Positions 1 through 9,799 are shown, counted from the first letter of the stretch. The stretch is 64,000 nucleotides of DNA from a virus (IMGVR_UViG_3300033553_000116:50247-114246); one strand, 5' to 3'. Made by a program: numbers and translations. Notes: a model not told the origin generated them from the letters alone.

Positions 1-663
1 GAATATGTTTTCAAAACATTTGTTCCACAACTAACTAAGGTTACTTCAACCATTGAGTCAGCCATTAAGAACTTTGACCCTACCGATGTCAAGGCTTATG
101 ATAAGGGGTTCTTAGAACCATTAAGTAAAATTGATCATCCTGTAGAATCATTTGATAGGAAGTTTTATGGCGATGCTGAATATATATGGGGTTACTCATT
201 TACAGATTCATTCTTCACAGCGTTATCTGGTAAGCCTAGTGATATGCCAAGATTAGATAAAATAGGATCTAAGGCTAAGTTAGTACATAATCACTCAGTT
301 GCATCAATGGCCGCTATGAGAATTATTCCAGATGTTAAATTAACAGCAAGTGAATCGTTGGGCATTATTAAAGATGTTAAAAGCATCCTTAATAATATTG
401 TAGACTCTTCAAAAAATCATAGTTCAGAAAAGAGAGCTTTGGATACCTTAATAGATAAGGTATCAACTTTAACAAATAAATATAGTAAAAATGAATTAGA
501 TATTTCTGCTAAATTACTGAAAGAAGATCTAAATAACCTTAAGAGATTTGTTAATGCTTTAGTTTATCACTATGTTAAACTACCAGCAACCTTCGCTACC
601 CACCAGGCATTTTCAATGTCACAGGTAGGTATATTAATTGGCCGCATTGCCAAGCGTTCATAA
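1..663 (+). CDS. 3' part of a gene entering the window; possible phiKZ-like internal head/virion protein
   Basis: Frame 1 is open from base 1 to TAA at 661-663 (the track's 244 start is internal); followed by a hairpin terminator; function is a guess from helical character. Confidence 0.6.
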   Translation, partial: EYVFKTFVPQLTKVTSTIESAIKNFDPTDVKAYDKGFLEPLSKIDHPVESFDRKFYGDAEYIWGYSFTDSFFTALSGKPSDMPRLDKIGSKAKLVHNHSVASMAAMRIIPDVKLTASESLGIIKDVKSILNNIVDSSKNHSSEKRALDTLIDKVSTLTNKYSKNELDISAKLLKEDLNNLKRFVNALVYHYVKLPATFATHQAFSMSQVGILIGRIAKRS

Positions 664-680
664 CTATTAAACTAACCATA

Positions 681-709
681 AGAGAGTGCCGTAATGGCAC
701 TCTCTTTTA
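681..709 (+). terminator. Intrinsic terminator hairpin
   Basis: AGAGAGTGCC-GTAAT-GGCACTCTCT followed by TTTAT. Confidence 0.8.
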
Positions 710-730
710 TATGTCGATTCAATCTCAGGT

Positions 731-754
731 TACATCTATATTACTTTAATGAAT
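731..754 (+). promoter_or_regulatory. phiKZ-type early promoter (TATATTAC core at 737-744)
   Basis: CTATATTACTTTAATGAAT; the same motif recurs at 1970, 9807 and 21499; TATATTAC is the known phiKZ early consensus. Confidence 0.7.
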
Positions 755-799
755 AGATAACAGATAGAACTTTAATTAGTTGTATTTGAATTAAAATAA

Positions 800-1252
800 T
801 TGGAGAATAACATGTTAGAAGAAATCAATTCAGTAAAAACATTTAATACTAAAGATAAAGTCATTGTAATGATGGGTAAACGAGAAAACCTAAAAGGTAT
901 ACAAATTGTTGAGGGTATCATTTTAAGAGCACCTAAGAAGGCTTCTAAAGATAATAAGTTTGTTATCCTGTTACCTAACGGGATAGCTGTAGCCACTGCC
1001 CCCCAGTTATTTGTTACTAATGAGGGAAAATACTTCCGTAAAGAGGAGCATTTCACTGTGTCATATATTTGTCATATGCCTGAGTTAAAGATATTTGCAA
1101 ATGCTTCATGGAATGCAGTTTGGGATATGTACGAACATTTAGTTGCTCAGTTATCTAATATAGCTATGCATATACGTTGTTCTAAGAAAGCGGTTACTAT
1201 AACCAATGACTATATAAGAAATACGGATACTACAAAAATGAGTACGTATTAA
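800..1252 (+). CDS. Hypothetical early protein
   Basis: 150-aa ORF between early promoter and terminator; GGAG SD suggests true start at ATG 812. Confidence 0.7.
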   Translation: MENNMLEEINSVKTFNTKDKVIVMMGKRENLKGIQIVEGIILRAPKKASKDNKFVILLPNGIAVATAPQLFVTNEGKYFRKEEHFTVSYICHMPELKIFANASWNAVWDMYEHLVAQLSNIAMHIRCSKKAVTITNDYIRNTDTTKMSTY

Positions 1253-1268
1253 TGAGGTTAAATAAAGG

Positions 1269-1301
1269 TAGGAGGCATTTGCTTCCTATACTTTTTTTTT
1301 T
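1269..1301 (+). terminator. Intrinsic terminator
   Basis: TAGGAGGCA/TGCTTCCTA stem then T10. Confidence 0.75.
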
Positions 1302-1374
1302 GTTTAATGTGGTAAATTTTAACATGCGAGTATAATCCTCTGTAAAATAATTTTTTTAAGTTAAGGACTAACAC

Positions 1375-1944
1375 ATGACTGAAGAACAACCCTATACTCC
1401 AACTATAGTAGATAATAGATTACACACTATCCAAGAGATGCTACAAGGTGTAAATGAAAGACACGCAAGTATAACCAGACGTATCCAGGCATCTCCTATT
1501 AGTATCGGTGAGTCAAAGGTACCCATTGGATTACAGTATGTTTATCAAACTCAGGCTCTTCCAAGTACCCGCTTAGTTATTATATTTGATGAATCTGATC
1601 GTGAGATTATCGCCATTCCTAAAAATGTTTTATATAGCTACGAGCCATTGGACATGGATGCAACTAAACGTTCACTAAACCTTTTTATCAACCATCCTGA
1701 TAAGCGTGTTATAGAACAGTTAATTGGATTAGTAGAAACACTACAACGTGAAGGGTTTGATTTTAGAGCAATGCCGATGCGAGATGTAATGGCTATTACA
1801 AATCCAGACATCGATGTAGATATATCTGGTATGCAACTATTTCCATTACTATATTTAAAAAGTAGATATACTGATGAAGTTGTATATGTCAATACAGAAG
1901 CTGTTGTAATCCGTTCTGCTGGTGCTGAAGACACTAGTCACTAA
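1375..1944 (+). CDS. Hypothetical protein
   Basis: 189-aa ORF with AAGGA SD. Confidence 0.75.
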   Translation: MTEEQPYTPTIVDNRLHTIQEMLQGVNERHASITRRIQASPISIGESKVPIGLQYVYQTQALPSTRLVIIFDESDREIIAIPKNVLYSYEPLDMDATKRSLNLFINHPDKRVIEQLIGLVETLQREGFDFRAMPMRDVMAITNPDIDVDISGMQLFPLLYLKSRYTDEVVYVNTEAVVIRSAGAEDTSH

Positions 1945-1960
1945 AATTGATCTAAAAAAG

Positions 1961-1988
1961 TCACAGCACTATATTACTATAATGAATA
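1961..1988 (+). promoter_or_regulatory. phiKZ-type early promoter
   Basis: TCACAGCACTATATTACTATAATGAAT upstream of ORF 2010. Confidence 0.7.
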
Positions 1989-2009
1989 CCAACCTTAAAA
2001 GGATTTACT

Positions 2010-2621
2010 ATGAAATTAACAATTGCAGATTGGGCACGTACTGCCGGACTTACCGTCGATGATTTACCAACACAGCTTTCAGTTCTCTCATCTGAGGTTA
2101 TTGAAACTATGCAGGGCCTTAATCTTAGACATCGTTACCTAGTAATAGATGGCTTAGTAGATGTCCACTGGATGGTACAGGTTGCAAAAGCATTAACTGA
2201 TGGTGCGATGGATCTTACTTCACAGTTACAGGATCTATTTGATGAAGTGGATGATATCTTCCCTTTTCTCATTAGTAAACATTTCCAAAATGGACAGCAT
2301 GTAGTTATGGAAGCCAACTTCTCTAAGTTCTGTAAAACAGTTGAAGAAGCTGAAGCTACACTCAAAGCTTATCGTGAAATTAAAGTTGATGTACACTATA
2401 AAAGAGTCGGCGACCTTTACGTTATACGTTCTTCGTTTAATCAGATTGGTATAGACGGTAAAACTTATTCTAAAGATAAGATTCTTAAGTCTATTAATTT
2501 TATTGAACCGCGTTTCATTGGTATTCCGGACTCTAGCTTTAGTCAGGCTGTCCAAGAAGGTTATGGCGGATCAGCTAGTATGTATGACAAAGCTGTAGCC
2601 AAGCATGGCTTTTGCGGTTAA
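2010..2621 (+). CDS. MazG/PRA-PH-like nucleoside triphosphate pyrophosphohydrolase
   Basis: SEVIE...IDGLVD acidic helices and VMEANFSKF...KILKS..F.EP motif typical of phage PRA-PH/MazG-like proteins. Confidence 0.6.
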   Translation: MKLTIADWARTAGLTVDDLPTQLSVLSSEVIETMQGLNLRHRYLVIDGLVDVHWMVQVAKALTDGAMDLTSQLQDLFDEVDDIFPFLISKHFQNGQHVVMEANFSKFCKTVEEAEATLKAYREIKVDVHYKRVGDLYVIRSSFNQIGIDGKTYSKDKILKSINFIEPRFIGIPDSSFSQAVQEGYGGSASMYDKAVAKHGFCG

Positions 2622-2654
2622 TTAAATCTACCATTAATAAGAAAGGAATTTGAA

Positions 2655-3137
2655 ATGACAGATGAAAGCGATTGGGATAAGATTGGAGCCACAGCTAAGG
2701 CTTTAGCCGATGCGTCTAGTGAAGATACTATCCAGGTACGACCAGATCTTTTAAAGATAAGTGATACAGACATCCAATGGGCTGACGATATGGCTAGCCA
2801 ATTCACGAGCCTAGCATTAGATGCTAATGAAGAGCATGCTGTATCCACTATATTCCCCGAAGAAATAATTAAGCTTGGTAGTAGATTCTTAAAACTACAA
2901 CTAGGTGAAGCTATGGGTGAAAATGTAGTTATTGAATTAGAACTAGCTCATGGTGTTGCTGTGTTGAAAGGTAGCTTTAAGTCAACTGCATTTAATGAAA
3001 GCCGCACCTCTGGTTTACTTATCAGTAAAGATAGCGTTGAATCATTGGTACCAATAATGGCCAAATGGATCAAGTGGTACGATGACCACGCTATGTCATT
3101 GGGTCTACTCTCAACAACTGAAGGGACTGATTACTAA
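2655..3137 (+). CDS. Hypothetical protein
   Basis: 160-aa ORF, AAGGA SD. Confidence 0.7.
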   Translation: MTDESDWDKIGATAKALADASSEDTIQVRPDLLKISDTDIQWADDMASQFTSLALDANEEHAVSTIFPEEIIKLGSRFLKLQLGEAMGENVVIELELAHGVAVLKGSFKSTAFNESRTSGLLISKDSVESLVPIMAKWIKWYDDHAMSLGLLSTTEGTDY

Positions 3138-3397
3138 TGGGTCGGTCTTTGATTGGCAAATACAGTAGTGAGTCTAAGGACACAAAGCAAGTTGCAATGA
3201 AGGTAGGGGATAGATTAGAAATTATGTCTGATGCCATTACTGACAAAGCACCTTGTAATGCAAGTATTGTGGCTGTAACTGAAAAAACTATCACTGTCTC
3301 TTATGGCGATGAGGAAGAGACTTTTGATATCACTAAACTTAAAGTAACAGACTCTTGGGAATCAGAAGACTCAGGGTCTGTGGTTTGGAAGGTTTAG
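3137..3397 (+). CDS. Hypothetical protein (small beta/SH3-like)
   Basis: 86 aa; TAATG translational coupling. Confidence 0.65.
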   Translation: MGRSLIGKYSSESKDTKQVAMKVGDRLEIMSDAITDKAPCNASIVAVTEKTITVSYGDEEETFDITKLKVTDSWESEDSGSVVWKV

Positions 3398-3417
3398 TTT
3401 TATAAACAAGGATTAAT

Positions 3418-4251
3418 ATGCGACAGTATTTAGAAGGACTACAACGTATCTTAGATGAAGGTACGTTTCATGGAGATAGAACAGGCACAGGTACTATCTC
3501 TCGTTTCGGGGAGCAGTTACGTTTTGATTTGACAGATGGTCTCCCATTGGTCACTACTAAGTTCACAAACTTCCGTGCCATTCAGCGTGAACTACTTTGG
3601 TTCCTTGAAGGCTCTACTAATAGCATCCGGTTAAATGAAATCGGTTCTAAGATCTGGGATGGCTGGGCTTTAGATGATGGTGACTTAGGGCCTATCTATG
3701 GTAAGCAATGGACTGACTGGGATGTCATCGACAAAGGTGAGGTAGTAACTGATCTGGAGGCTCTTTTAGAACTTTCTCAAGATGGTACTAGATTAGATGA
3801 ACTTAGTCTTAATATCAGTTCTATTTTAGATAAGATTGCACTTAAGCCAAATATCAATCAGATCCAACAGGTCATTGAAGACTTGCGTGTGAATCCACAT
3901 TCAAGACGTCATTTAGTTACTGCATGGAACCCATCTGCATTGCCATCTGAATATAAACTAACCATGACTAACGGTAAAGTTATTAAAGCTCCACTTACAC
4001 CACAGGGTAACGTTGCAGAAGGTAAAGCTGCATTGCCTGCATGTCATACCTTCTTCCAGTTCTACTCTCGACTAATGTGTCTTGAAGAGCGTATGAATTA
4101 TATCCCGGCTTCTAAAGTAGGGTTATATGCAAAGATCGTGGAATTCGATGAAGTATCAGCTCAGCCATTCTTAGATGACACTGAGGCCATGGCTTTATTA
4201 GATGAGCATGATGTTCCTAAACATGCACTAAGTTGTCAGATGTATCAGCGT
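3418..4251 (+). CDS. thyA: Thymidylate synthase, exon 1
   Basis: MRQYLE..DRTGTGT..LPLVTTK..ELLWFL..IWDGW..LGPIYGKQW..SRRHLVTAWNP..LPACHTFFQF..LSCQMYQR; ends at CGT before the intron. Confidence 0.95.
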
Positions 4252-4583
4252 TCACATAACGAGCGCCTTTTAGCAGTAATGCTAATCGAAGAACATTCTC
4301 AAATTGCTGGGAAATCTTGCTAAGCATTTACACCACAACGTAATTTGAAAAAAATAAGCGTGACGGTTTTAAAAAGTTAAATGATAGAGATAATCAGCAG
4401 CCAAGGGTCCATATAGGATCAAGGTTCAACGACTAGCCTTTGATAAGGTGTAGGACCAAGTGGTCCGAAACGGGAAAGCTTCCTACTCATAGAGAGGAAG
4501 GTGATATAGTCTACTCTGCATGGTGACATGCAGCTGCACGTAATGGTGCGGGTAGTGTCTAACGAACACTATTGAATATAACG
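4252..4583 (+). mobile_element. Group I intron (IA2-like, no ORF), 332 nt
   Basis: P (AATTGCTGGGAA), Q (AATCAGCAG), R (GTTCAACGACTA) and S (GATATAGTCT) elements; P1 GCGU|UC pairs with GAGCGC giving the U.G splice site; terminal G 4583; P10 UCG/CGA; extra P7.1/P7.2 hairpins; splicing restores QR-SSDSLLGQPFN. Confidence 0.93.
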
Positions 4584-4880
4584 TCGAGTGATTCATTATT
4601 GGGCCAGCCCTTTAATATCGCTTCATATGCGCTACTAACTGAAATGGTTGCACAGTGTGTTAACATGGTTCCAGATGAACTTATCTGGGTAGGTGGCGAT
4701 TGTCACATTTACAATAACCATCTTGATGCTGCTAAAGAGGTAATAGCCAGACAGCCTATGGCATTACCTACACTTAAGTTAACTCCAGGCATTACTGATA
4801 TCTTTGCTTTTGGTGAAGATGACATTGTGTTGGAGTCATATGAACACCACGATGCTATTAAATTAAAAGTATCGATTTAA
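4584..4880 (+). CDS. thyA: Thymidylate synthase, exon 2
   Basis: SSDSLLGQPFNIASYALL..GDCHIYNNH; in frame with exon 1 after splicing (376-aa product). Confidence 0.95.
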   Translation, partial: SSDSLLGQPFNIASYALLTEMVAQCVNMVPDELIWVGGDCHIYNNHLDAAKEVIARQPMALPTLKLTPGITDIFAFGEDDIVLESYEHHDAIKLKVSI

Positions 4881-4901
4881 AGGTTCTGTCTAACATGTAA
4901 T

Positions 4902-4931
4902 AATGAGTAGAGGCTAATGCCTCTACTCATT
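4902..4931 (+). terminator. Terminator hairpin
   Basis: AATGAGTAGAGGC-TAAT-GCCTCTACTCATT. Confidence 0.75.
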
Positions 4932-4954
4932 TATATATAATATTTGGAGGATTT

Positions 4955-5377
4955 ATGACTAAGGTTATAAACATTAATAAAGCTAAGATTGATATGGCCA
5001 ATGAATACTGGCAAGCCGAACGGGAGGAACGTATATCTGATAAGACCACAGCTTTTAGTAATGAAGATAACGGTACAATTAGATATTTTGTAGAAAATGC
5101 AGTAACGGCTATACAGTCTGGTAAAAAGTATGTTCGATTAGAAAAAGAAGTTTATCCGATTCGAGATAGAGTTTGTGATAAAATAGAACACATGCTTGAA
5201 AAATATGAATATGAAGTTACCATATCTATGGCGATGGGTGATGTAGCTAACGATACTGCATTAGTAATCGTTGTTAGTATTGCGGACTACGATTGTTCTT
5301 GGAACCCCGAGGATGTCTTAGAGCTAAAAGTAAATCAGACATATAAAGAATATATCAAAGAAATGTCAAGGGGGTGA
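4955..5377 (+). CDS. Hypothetical protein
   Basis: 140 aa, GGAGG SD. Confidence 0.75.
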   Translation: MTKVININKAKIDMANEYWQAEREERISDKTTAFSNEDNGTIRYFVENAVTAIQSGKKYVRLEKEVYPIRDRVCDKIEHMLEKYEYEVTISMAMGDVANDTALVIVVSIADYDCSWNPEDVLELKVNQTYKEYIKEMSRG

Positions 5378-5775
5378 ATACCATGGTAATGAAAACAAGT
5401 AATACAAAGCGACTCAAGGCAATCAATTTATCATCGGGGCCATTTAGATCATTAACTATTAATGTAGTTGATTTAGTAACCTTTTATGATATCCATCAAC
5501 GCAATGATGCATTGGCCAACATAAAGATGAAAATATGGGAGATGATAAATCATTTATATAGTCATGATAAGAAACTGCAATTACCAGAGAATTCAAGTCT
5601 CATCTTACTAGATGTTAGTATGGAACTTTTTACTGGTGATGCTACAGGGCCAGTGTTAGATTTAAAGTTTGTCTTAACTAATAGACTATTTAAGACAGTA
5701 AAGTATGCTCAGAACTATACCTACGTTATTAAGGTATGTAACGATAATAGACCAGGTGCTCCAGCATTCATATAG
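5374..5775 (+). CDS. Hypothetical protein
   Basis: 133 aa, GTGA overlap with upstream stop. Confidence 0.65.
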   Translation: MNTMVMKTSNTKRLKAINLSSGPFRSLTINVVDLVTFYDIHQRNDALANIKMKIWEMINHLYSHDKKLQLPENSSLILLDVSMELFTGDATGPVLDLKFVLTNRLFKTVKYAQNYTYVIKVCNDNRPGAPAFI

Positions 5776-5939
5776 AGTAGGTTCTTAGGAATCTATCTAT
5801 GTAGCTTAATCTCCAGTGACTTATTTTATAGATTAATAATTAAATATAGGGGAGTGGGTAATCGTCCCTTTATGCCGCATTAATGAGTAAGTTTATACAT
5901 AGGAGTAATATTCTCTAGGTCACTAATGAGGAATTTAAA

Positions 5940-6260
5940 ATGCGATTATGGAATAGAGGTATTGAATATGGGTATATAGAAACCTTGAATCAAGTACTTA
6001 AGGATTATGGCCCTAAGGTTAACCCACTGCGAATAGCAACCCATGGTCCTGAAATACCAGACTGTACCTGGATAATGTTTATCGGCGACATCACTCCAAT
6101 ACTTAAAGACATCGATAATTATTACATTATCGAATATGTACCTGGAGGATTCGATCTCTCTAAGACCGTGACCATTGATTGCTTAGGCATTCTATTTAGA
6201 AACGTAAAGAGCATTGAGCTTATGGACTCAATTAAAGACTCTCTTATTAATAAGGAATAA
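5940..6260 (+). CDS. Hypothetical protein
   Basis: 106 aa, GAGG SD. Confidence 0.65.
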   Translation: MRLWNRGIEYGYIETLNQVLKDYGPKVNPLRIATHGPEIPDCTWIMFIGDITPILKDIDNYYIIEYVPGGFDLSKTVTIDCLGILFRNVKSIELMDSIKDSLINKE

Positions 6261-6262
6261 AA

Positions 6263-6529
6263 ATGATACTTAAAAAGATTACACCGCAAGAAATAAACGA
6301 TCTTATTTACTCAGTAAAGTATGAGGTGGTAGACGCTACCACTACTACTATCTGCATAATTATGACTAAGTGTGGATTTACAGCGATTGGAACTAATTCT
6401 TGTTTGAATATGTCTGACTGGATTGAGCAGAAGGGTAAAGAAGATTCATATGCTAAAGCTATAGATAAGATTTGGGAAATGGAAGGGTACCATAGAAAAC
6501 GTATGGCTGAACATAACCGCAACTCGTAG
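6263..6529 (+). CDS. Phage Gp49/Sf6 gene 66 family protein
   Basis: TTTIC..GFTAIG.NSC..G...Y..AIDKIWEMEGY pattern. Confidence 0.7.
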   Translation: MILKKITPQEINDLIYSVKYEVVDATTTTICIIMTKCGFTAIGTNSCLNMSDWIEQKGKEDSYAKAIDKIWEMEGYHRKRMAEHNRNS

Positions 6530-6582
6530 TAAGTCATTGCTATCGGGTGAGGTAGTATATGTCATTGTGACGTTATTAAAGA

Positions 6583-7209
6583 ATGGTTAGAGGGACAATA
6601 ATGAATTTAGTTAGTCAGTATTTGGTAATAGCCAGTGAAGAAAGTAGTGAAGTTATCCAAGCGTCAAGTGATCTATTAATTAATATTAATCCGTTAGAGA
6701 ATACAAGTGGTACATTAAGAGCCTACCATCTCGCAAAAGAATTCCAGGAACTTACAGGGATGATGGAATTGTTGGAGAAACACCAAATCATCCCAAAACT
6801 CCCATCCGGCTGTAAAGATACCATTAAGACAAGGAAAAAAGAACGCGTTGATCATTGGCTTGAACACTCTAAAGAACAAGGCACCCTTGAAGAAACTAGT
6901 ATACTAGGAGCTAGTGACAATATACTGGAACAGATTAAACAGAGTTCAGCGGTATTGATCCAAGCCTGTTCAAAGTCCCAACGCTTTGGCTTACATGACG
7001 GCATAGCTGAAAAGCCTACAACAAATGCACAAGACATTATTTCAGTCGTTAAAAGACTAGAAGGGTTATCAGACCTATTAAAAAATAGTGGACTTCTATC
7101 TAACTCCGATGAAACACCCAGCTACACTTTAAACGATGTCATAAGTGGTCATACCAATCACCAAGAGTTAGCTAAGATAACCAAAGACTCCATTAAAGGA
7201 AATGAATAA
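6583..7209 (+). CDS. MazG-like helical protein with internal duplication
   Basis: SEESSEVIQA and LIQACSKSQRFGL motifs; likely start 6601. Confidence 0.45.
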   Translation: MVRGTIMNLVSQYLVIASEESSEVIQASSDLLININPLENTSGTLRAYHLAKEFQELTGMMELLEKHQIIPKLPSGCKDTIKTRKKERVDHWLEHSKEQGTLEETSILGASDNILEQIKQSSAVLIQACSKSQRFGLHDGIAEKPTTNAQDIISVVKRLEGLSDLLKNSGLLSNSDETPSYTLNDVISGHTNHQELAKITKDSIKGNE

Positions 7210-7742
7210 TGACGATGACATATTTAAGAGCTATAGGTAATAACTTTCTATCTGCGCTATCTGCAATACCATATATGTTTCAAATGGAACTACCATCCAA
7301 TCCTAAACAGCCACTCAAACCAAGACATGATAATGGGAAGTATAGTTATCATGGAATTGCCCCAAAGCAAATCAAATATACAGACTTATATAAATACGCA
7401 GTTAGAATGCGTGAGCTAATTGGTCTTAAACGTAATTTTAATATCCTATCTAAGGTTACTGGTAGATCTGCTGAGTTAGTTTTTAATTTAAGGGCTTCAG
7501 GCATCACACCACTTAGATGGACTGGTGAGCAAGTTTTCTTAGCGTACGATACCGAAGGTATTAAATATATGTGTCAGTTAGTACACTGGCTTGAAAACAA
7601 TTCTGAAGTTGACTGGGGTTACGGTAGTGCTGAAGATATAACCGATACAAACCATTTCGTGTATGTTGTCTTTAAAACACCTAAAAGCCAGAAGAAGTTT
7701 CGTAAGGAATTATATAAAATTTTAACTGCATTGGCATACTAA
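7209..7742 (+). CDS. Hypothetical protein
   Basis: 177 aa, TAATG coupling. Confidence 0.7.
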   Translation: MTMTYLRAIGNNFLSALSAIPYMFQMELPSNPKQPLKPRHDNGKYSYHGIAPKQIKYTDLYKYAVRMRELIGLKRNFNILSKVTGRSAELVFNLRASGITPLRWTGEQVFLAYDTEGIKYMCQLVHWLENNSEVDWGYGSAEDITDTNHFVYVVFKTPKSQKKFRKELYKILTALAY

Positions 7743-7759
7743 ACAAAAGGTAAGTAATA

Positions 7760-7999
7760 ATGGATGAAGAACCAGTACTGTCTACCCCATTAAGAATTAG
7801 ACCCAAGCGAGTAGTATTTCTATCAGTGGGGTCAATGTATGACCCTGAGACAATTAAAAAAATGATAGCAGCGATGCCTAAAATTGGTACCAAAGAAGAT
7901 CGGGCTAGGGGCGATAAACCCAATAACTATCTTTCTTTAGATAATAATCCTCCGTATAGAGAGTTCACTACGAAAAACAAACGCCGTAAACAATGGTAG
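7760..7999 (+). CDS. Hypothetical basic protein
   Basis: 79 aa, AAGG SD. Confidence 0.55.
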   Translation: MDEEPVLSTPLRIRPKRVVFLSVGSMYDPETIKKMIAAMPKIGTKEDRARGDKPNNYLSLDNNPPYREFTTKNKRRKQW

Positions 8000-8508
8000 G
8001 TATATCGATGGAAGTAGAAATAATCTCAGCTATAGCGGCTAACGGTGTTATAGGTAAAGAAGATGAGTTAGCCATGAAGTCTAAGGAAGACATGGCATTC
8101 TTTAAAGCGGAGACTACAGGACATGCTGTCCTAATGGGTAGGAAGACCTTTGATAGTTTACCTGGACCTTTAATAGAAAGACTTAATATAGTAATAACCC
8201 GTAATCCAATTCACCAACCCAATCCTGTTGATGGTGTGGTTTACTCAGATGATCTTTTTGGTGTCATTAAGGGATTAGCTGACAATGGTACATATGAGCG
8301 CCTATACATAGTCGGGGGTGCTGAAATATATAAACAAGCACTTGATGCAGACATCGTTGATAGAATGATATTAACTAGGTTCTCTGAGGGTGCTGAAGGC
8401 GATACTCATTTCCCATACTTCAATCAAGATATGTGGGACGTTGAAGATATTGCTGAGTTTAAAGGAACACCTGCGTATAGGGTGTTAGGTTACACAAGAA
8501 TTAGATGA
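7993..8508 (+). CDS. folA: Dihydrofolate reductase
   Basis: AIAANGVIG..DMAFFK.ETTGHAVLMGRKTFDSLP..R.NIVITR..IVGGAEIY..GDTHFP; start may be 8008. Confidence 0.95.
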   Translation: MVGISMEVEIISAIAANGVIGKEDELAMKSKEDMAFFKAETTGHAVLMGRKTFDSLPGPLIERLNIVITRNPIHQPNPVDGVVYSDDLFGVIKGLADNGTYERLYIVGGAEIYKQALDADIVDRMILTRFSEGAEGDTHFPYFNQDMWDVEDIAEFKGTPAYRVLGYTRIR

Positions 8509-8538
8509 TAATAAACATAGTAGGGTTAAGTCCCTATT

Positions 8539-8904
8539 ATGTCCCAAAAAGGATTAATACTTATGAAAAGACAAATAGCAAGACTAACTCAGGCATCTAG
8601 GTTAAAACAACATCGTGCTGAAACTAGTAGACCAAAGACTGGTGTTAGTAGAATGAAAAAATACAATGGAGGTAGTTTAAAAAACCTTTATGGTAAGCGT
8701 AGTCGTTATAGAGACATACAAAAAAGTCTAAAGGGATTTATGCACTTCTACTATTACAGTTGGTCATACATTGGAATGGCGACCACACACTTCGCTAGGA
8801 GATCAAAGACTACGTCAGTCATCAATAGAACTAGATGTATGCCAACTTGGTATGCACCGAATACTATTAATGGTCTGTTGGGTAATAGGATTAGTGGTAT
8901 TTAA
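8539..8904 (+). CDS. Hypothetical highly basic protein
   Basis: 121 aa, Arg/Lys rich; likely start 8563. Confidence 0.5.
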   Translation: MSQKGLILMKRQIARLTQASRLKQHRAETSRPKTGVSRMKKYNGGSLKNLYGKRSRYRDIQKSLKGFMHFYYYSWSYIGMATTHFARRSKTTSVINRTRCMPTWYAPNTINGLLGNRISGI

Positions 8905-8917
8905 AAACCGGCATAAG

Positions 8918-8959
8918 GCAGAGTGGGACAACCCACTCTGCTATTCTTTTTTTTTTTTA
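8918..8959. terminator. Terminator between convergent genes
   Basis: GCAGAGTGGG-ACAA-CCCACTCTGC then T-run. Confidence 0.75.
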
Positions 8960-8966
8960 TTTATCT

Positions 8967-9668
8967 TTAGTCGTACGTTATATTAATTAAAGTACGGTGA
9001 CCTGAATAGTTAGCTAGGAGAGTTCTACTTCCTGTGAAGTGAATATCTTTATAAATCACCGCATCTCCTGCAGTCCCACCGTTATGATAGTTAAGACTAA
9101 AGTAACCTGTTACATTAATCTCCCCATTCGTTACCATGACGTTTGGAGATACTCTAACTAATGATACTTGGTAGTTAGTATTCTTAGGTGACACATCGTA
9201 TTCAAAATCAATATCCTGAAATAAGAAATTATATCCAGCGAATAAAGGACAGTCACGTGCAGACCCTGTGTTCTTATATTTAATTAAAACTGTACCGGGT
9301 CCATCCGTGGCTGCAAATGTGGACCCTACTTGAATGCCATGTGCATTAATATAGTCGGGCTCATCTATAGTCCTGAGTAAATTACCATTGTTACTTTCTC
9401 TAACTGAATTATTTATACCACTGCCAACGGTGCTACCTGGAGTTGCAAATAAACCATGATAGTTAACCCAGGTACTATTAAAAACCATCCCATAGTCTGC
9501 AGTATCATAAATGCCTGGTAACAAACCAACAAGAGCATTATTGGGTATATGCTTAAATGTATACCATGGTTTCTCGTATGTACCATCGCCCGTTTCATCT
9601 GAGCCCATTGGTGATATATACACATCAAAGTTTGAGTTACCTGAACTACGACGTTTGCCACCGGCCAT
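8967..9668 (-). CDS. DUF1565-like/beta-helix virion accessory protein; paralog of 52116-52895; 5' end possibly disrupted
   Basis: YISPMGSDETGDGTYEKPWYTF motif nearly identical to the 52116 protein; SD-bearing ATG 9709 is out of frame. Confidence 0.65.
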   Translation of the reverse strand: MAGGKRRSSGNSNFDVYISPMGSDETGDGTYEKPWYTFKHIPNNALVGLLPGIYDTADYGMVFNSTWVNYHGLFATPGSTVGSGINNSVRESNNGNLLRTIDEPDYINAHGIQVGSTFAATDGPGTVLIKYKNTGSARDCPLFAGYNFLFQDIDFEYDVSPKNTNYQVSLVRVSPNVMVTNGEINVTGYFSLNYHNGGTAGDAVIYKDIHFTGSRTLLANYSGHRTLINITYD

Positions 9669-9743
9669 AACGGCACTAAATGAAAACTATTTATTATACT
9701 AGTTTTCATTTATCCTTACCCCCTTTAATAATTTATATAACTA

Positions 9744-9753
9744 TACATAAAAT
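9744..9753 (-). promoter_or_regulatory. Putative late promoter ATTTTATGTA
   Basis: Same 10-mer lies upstream of structural-type genes at 17828(-), 29716(-), 54511(-), 52096(+); contains the phiKZ late TATG core. Confidence 0.5.
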
Positions 9754-9799
9754 ACCACATGGCTATCTCCAATATAGACATGATACATTGAAGAAAATT

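Noticed and set aside
4572-4880. Separate 102-aa gene, and 301-aa ORF 3418-4323, as listed in the track
   Set aside because: They are exons of thyA extended into intron sequence
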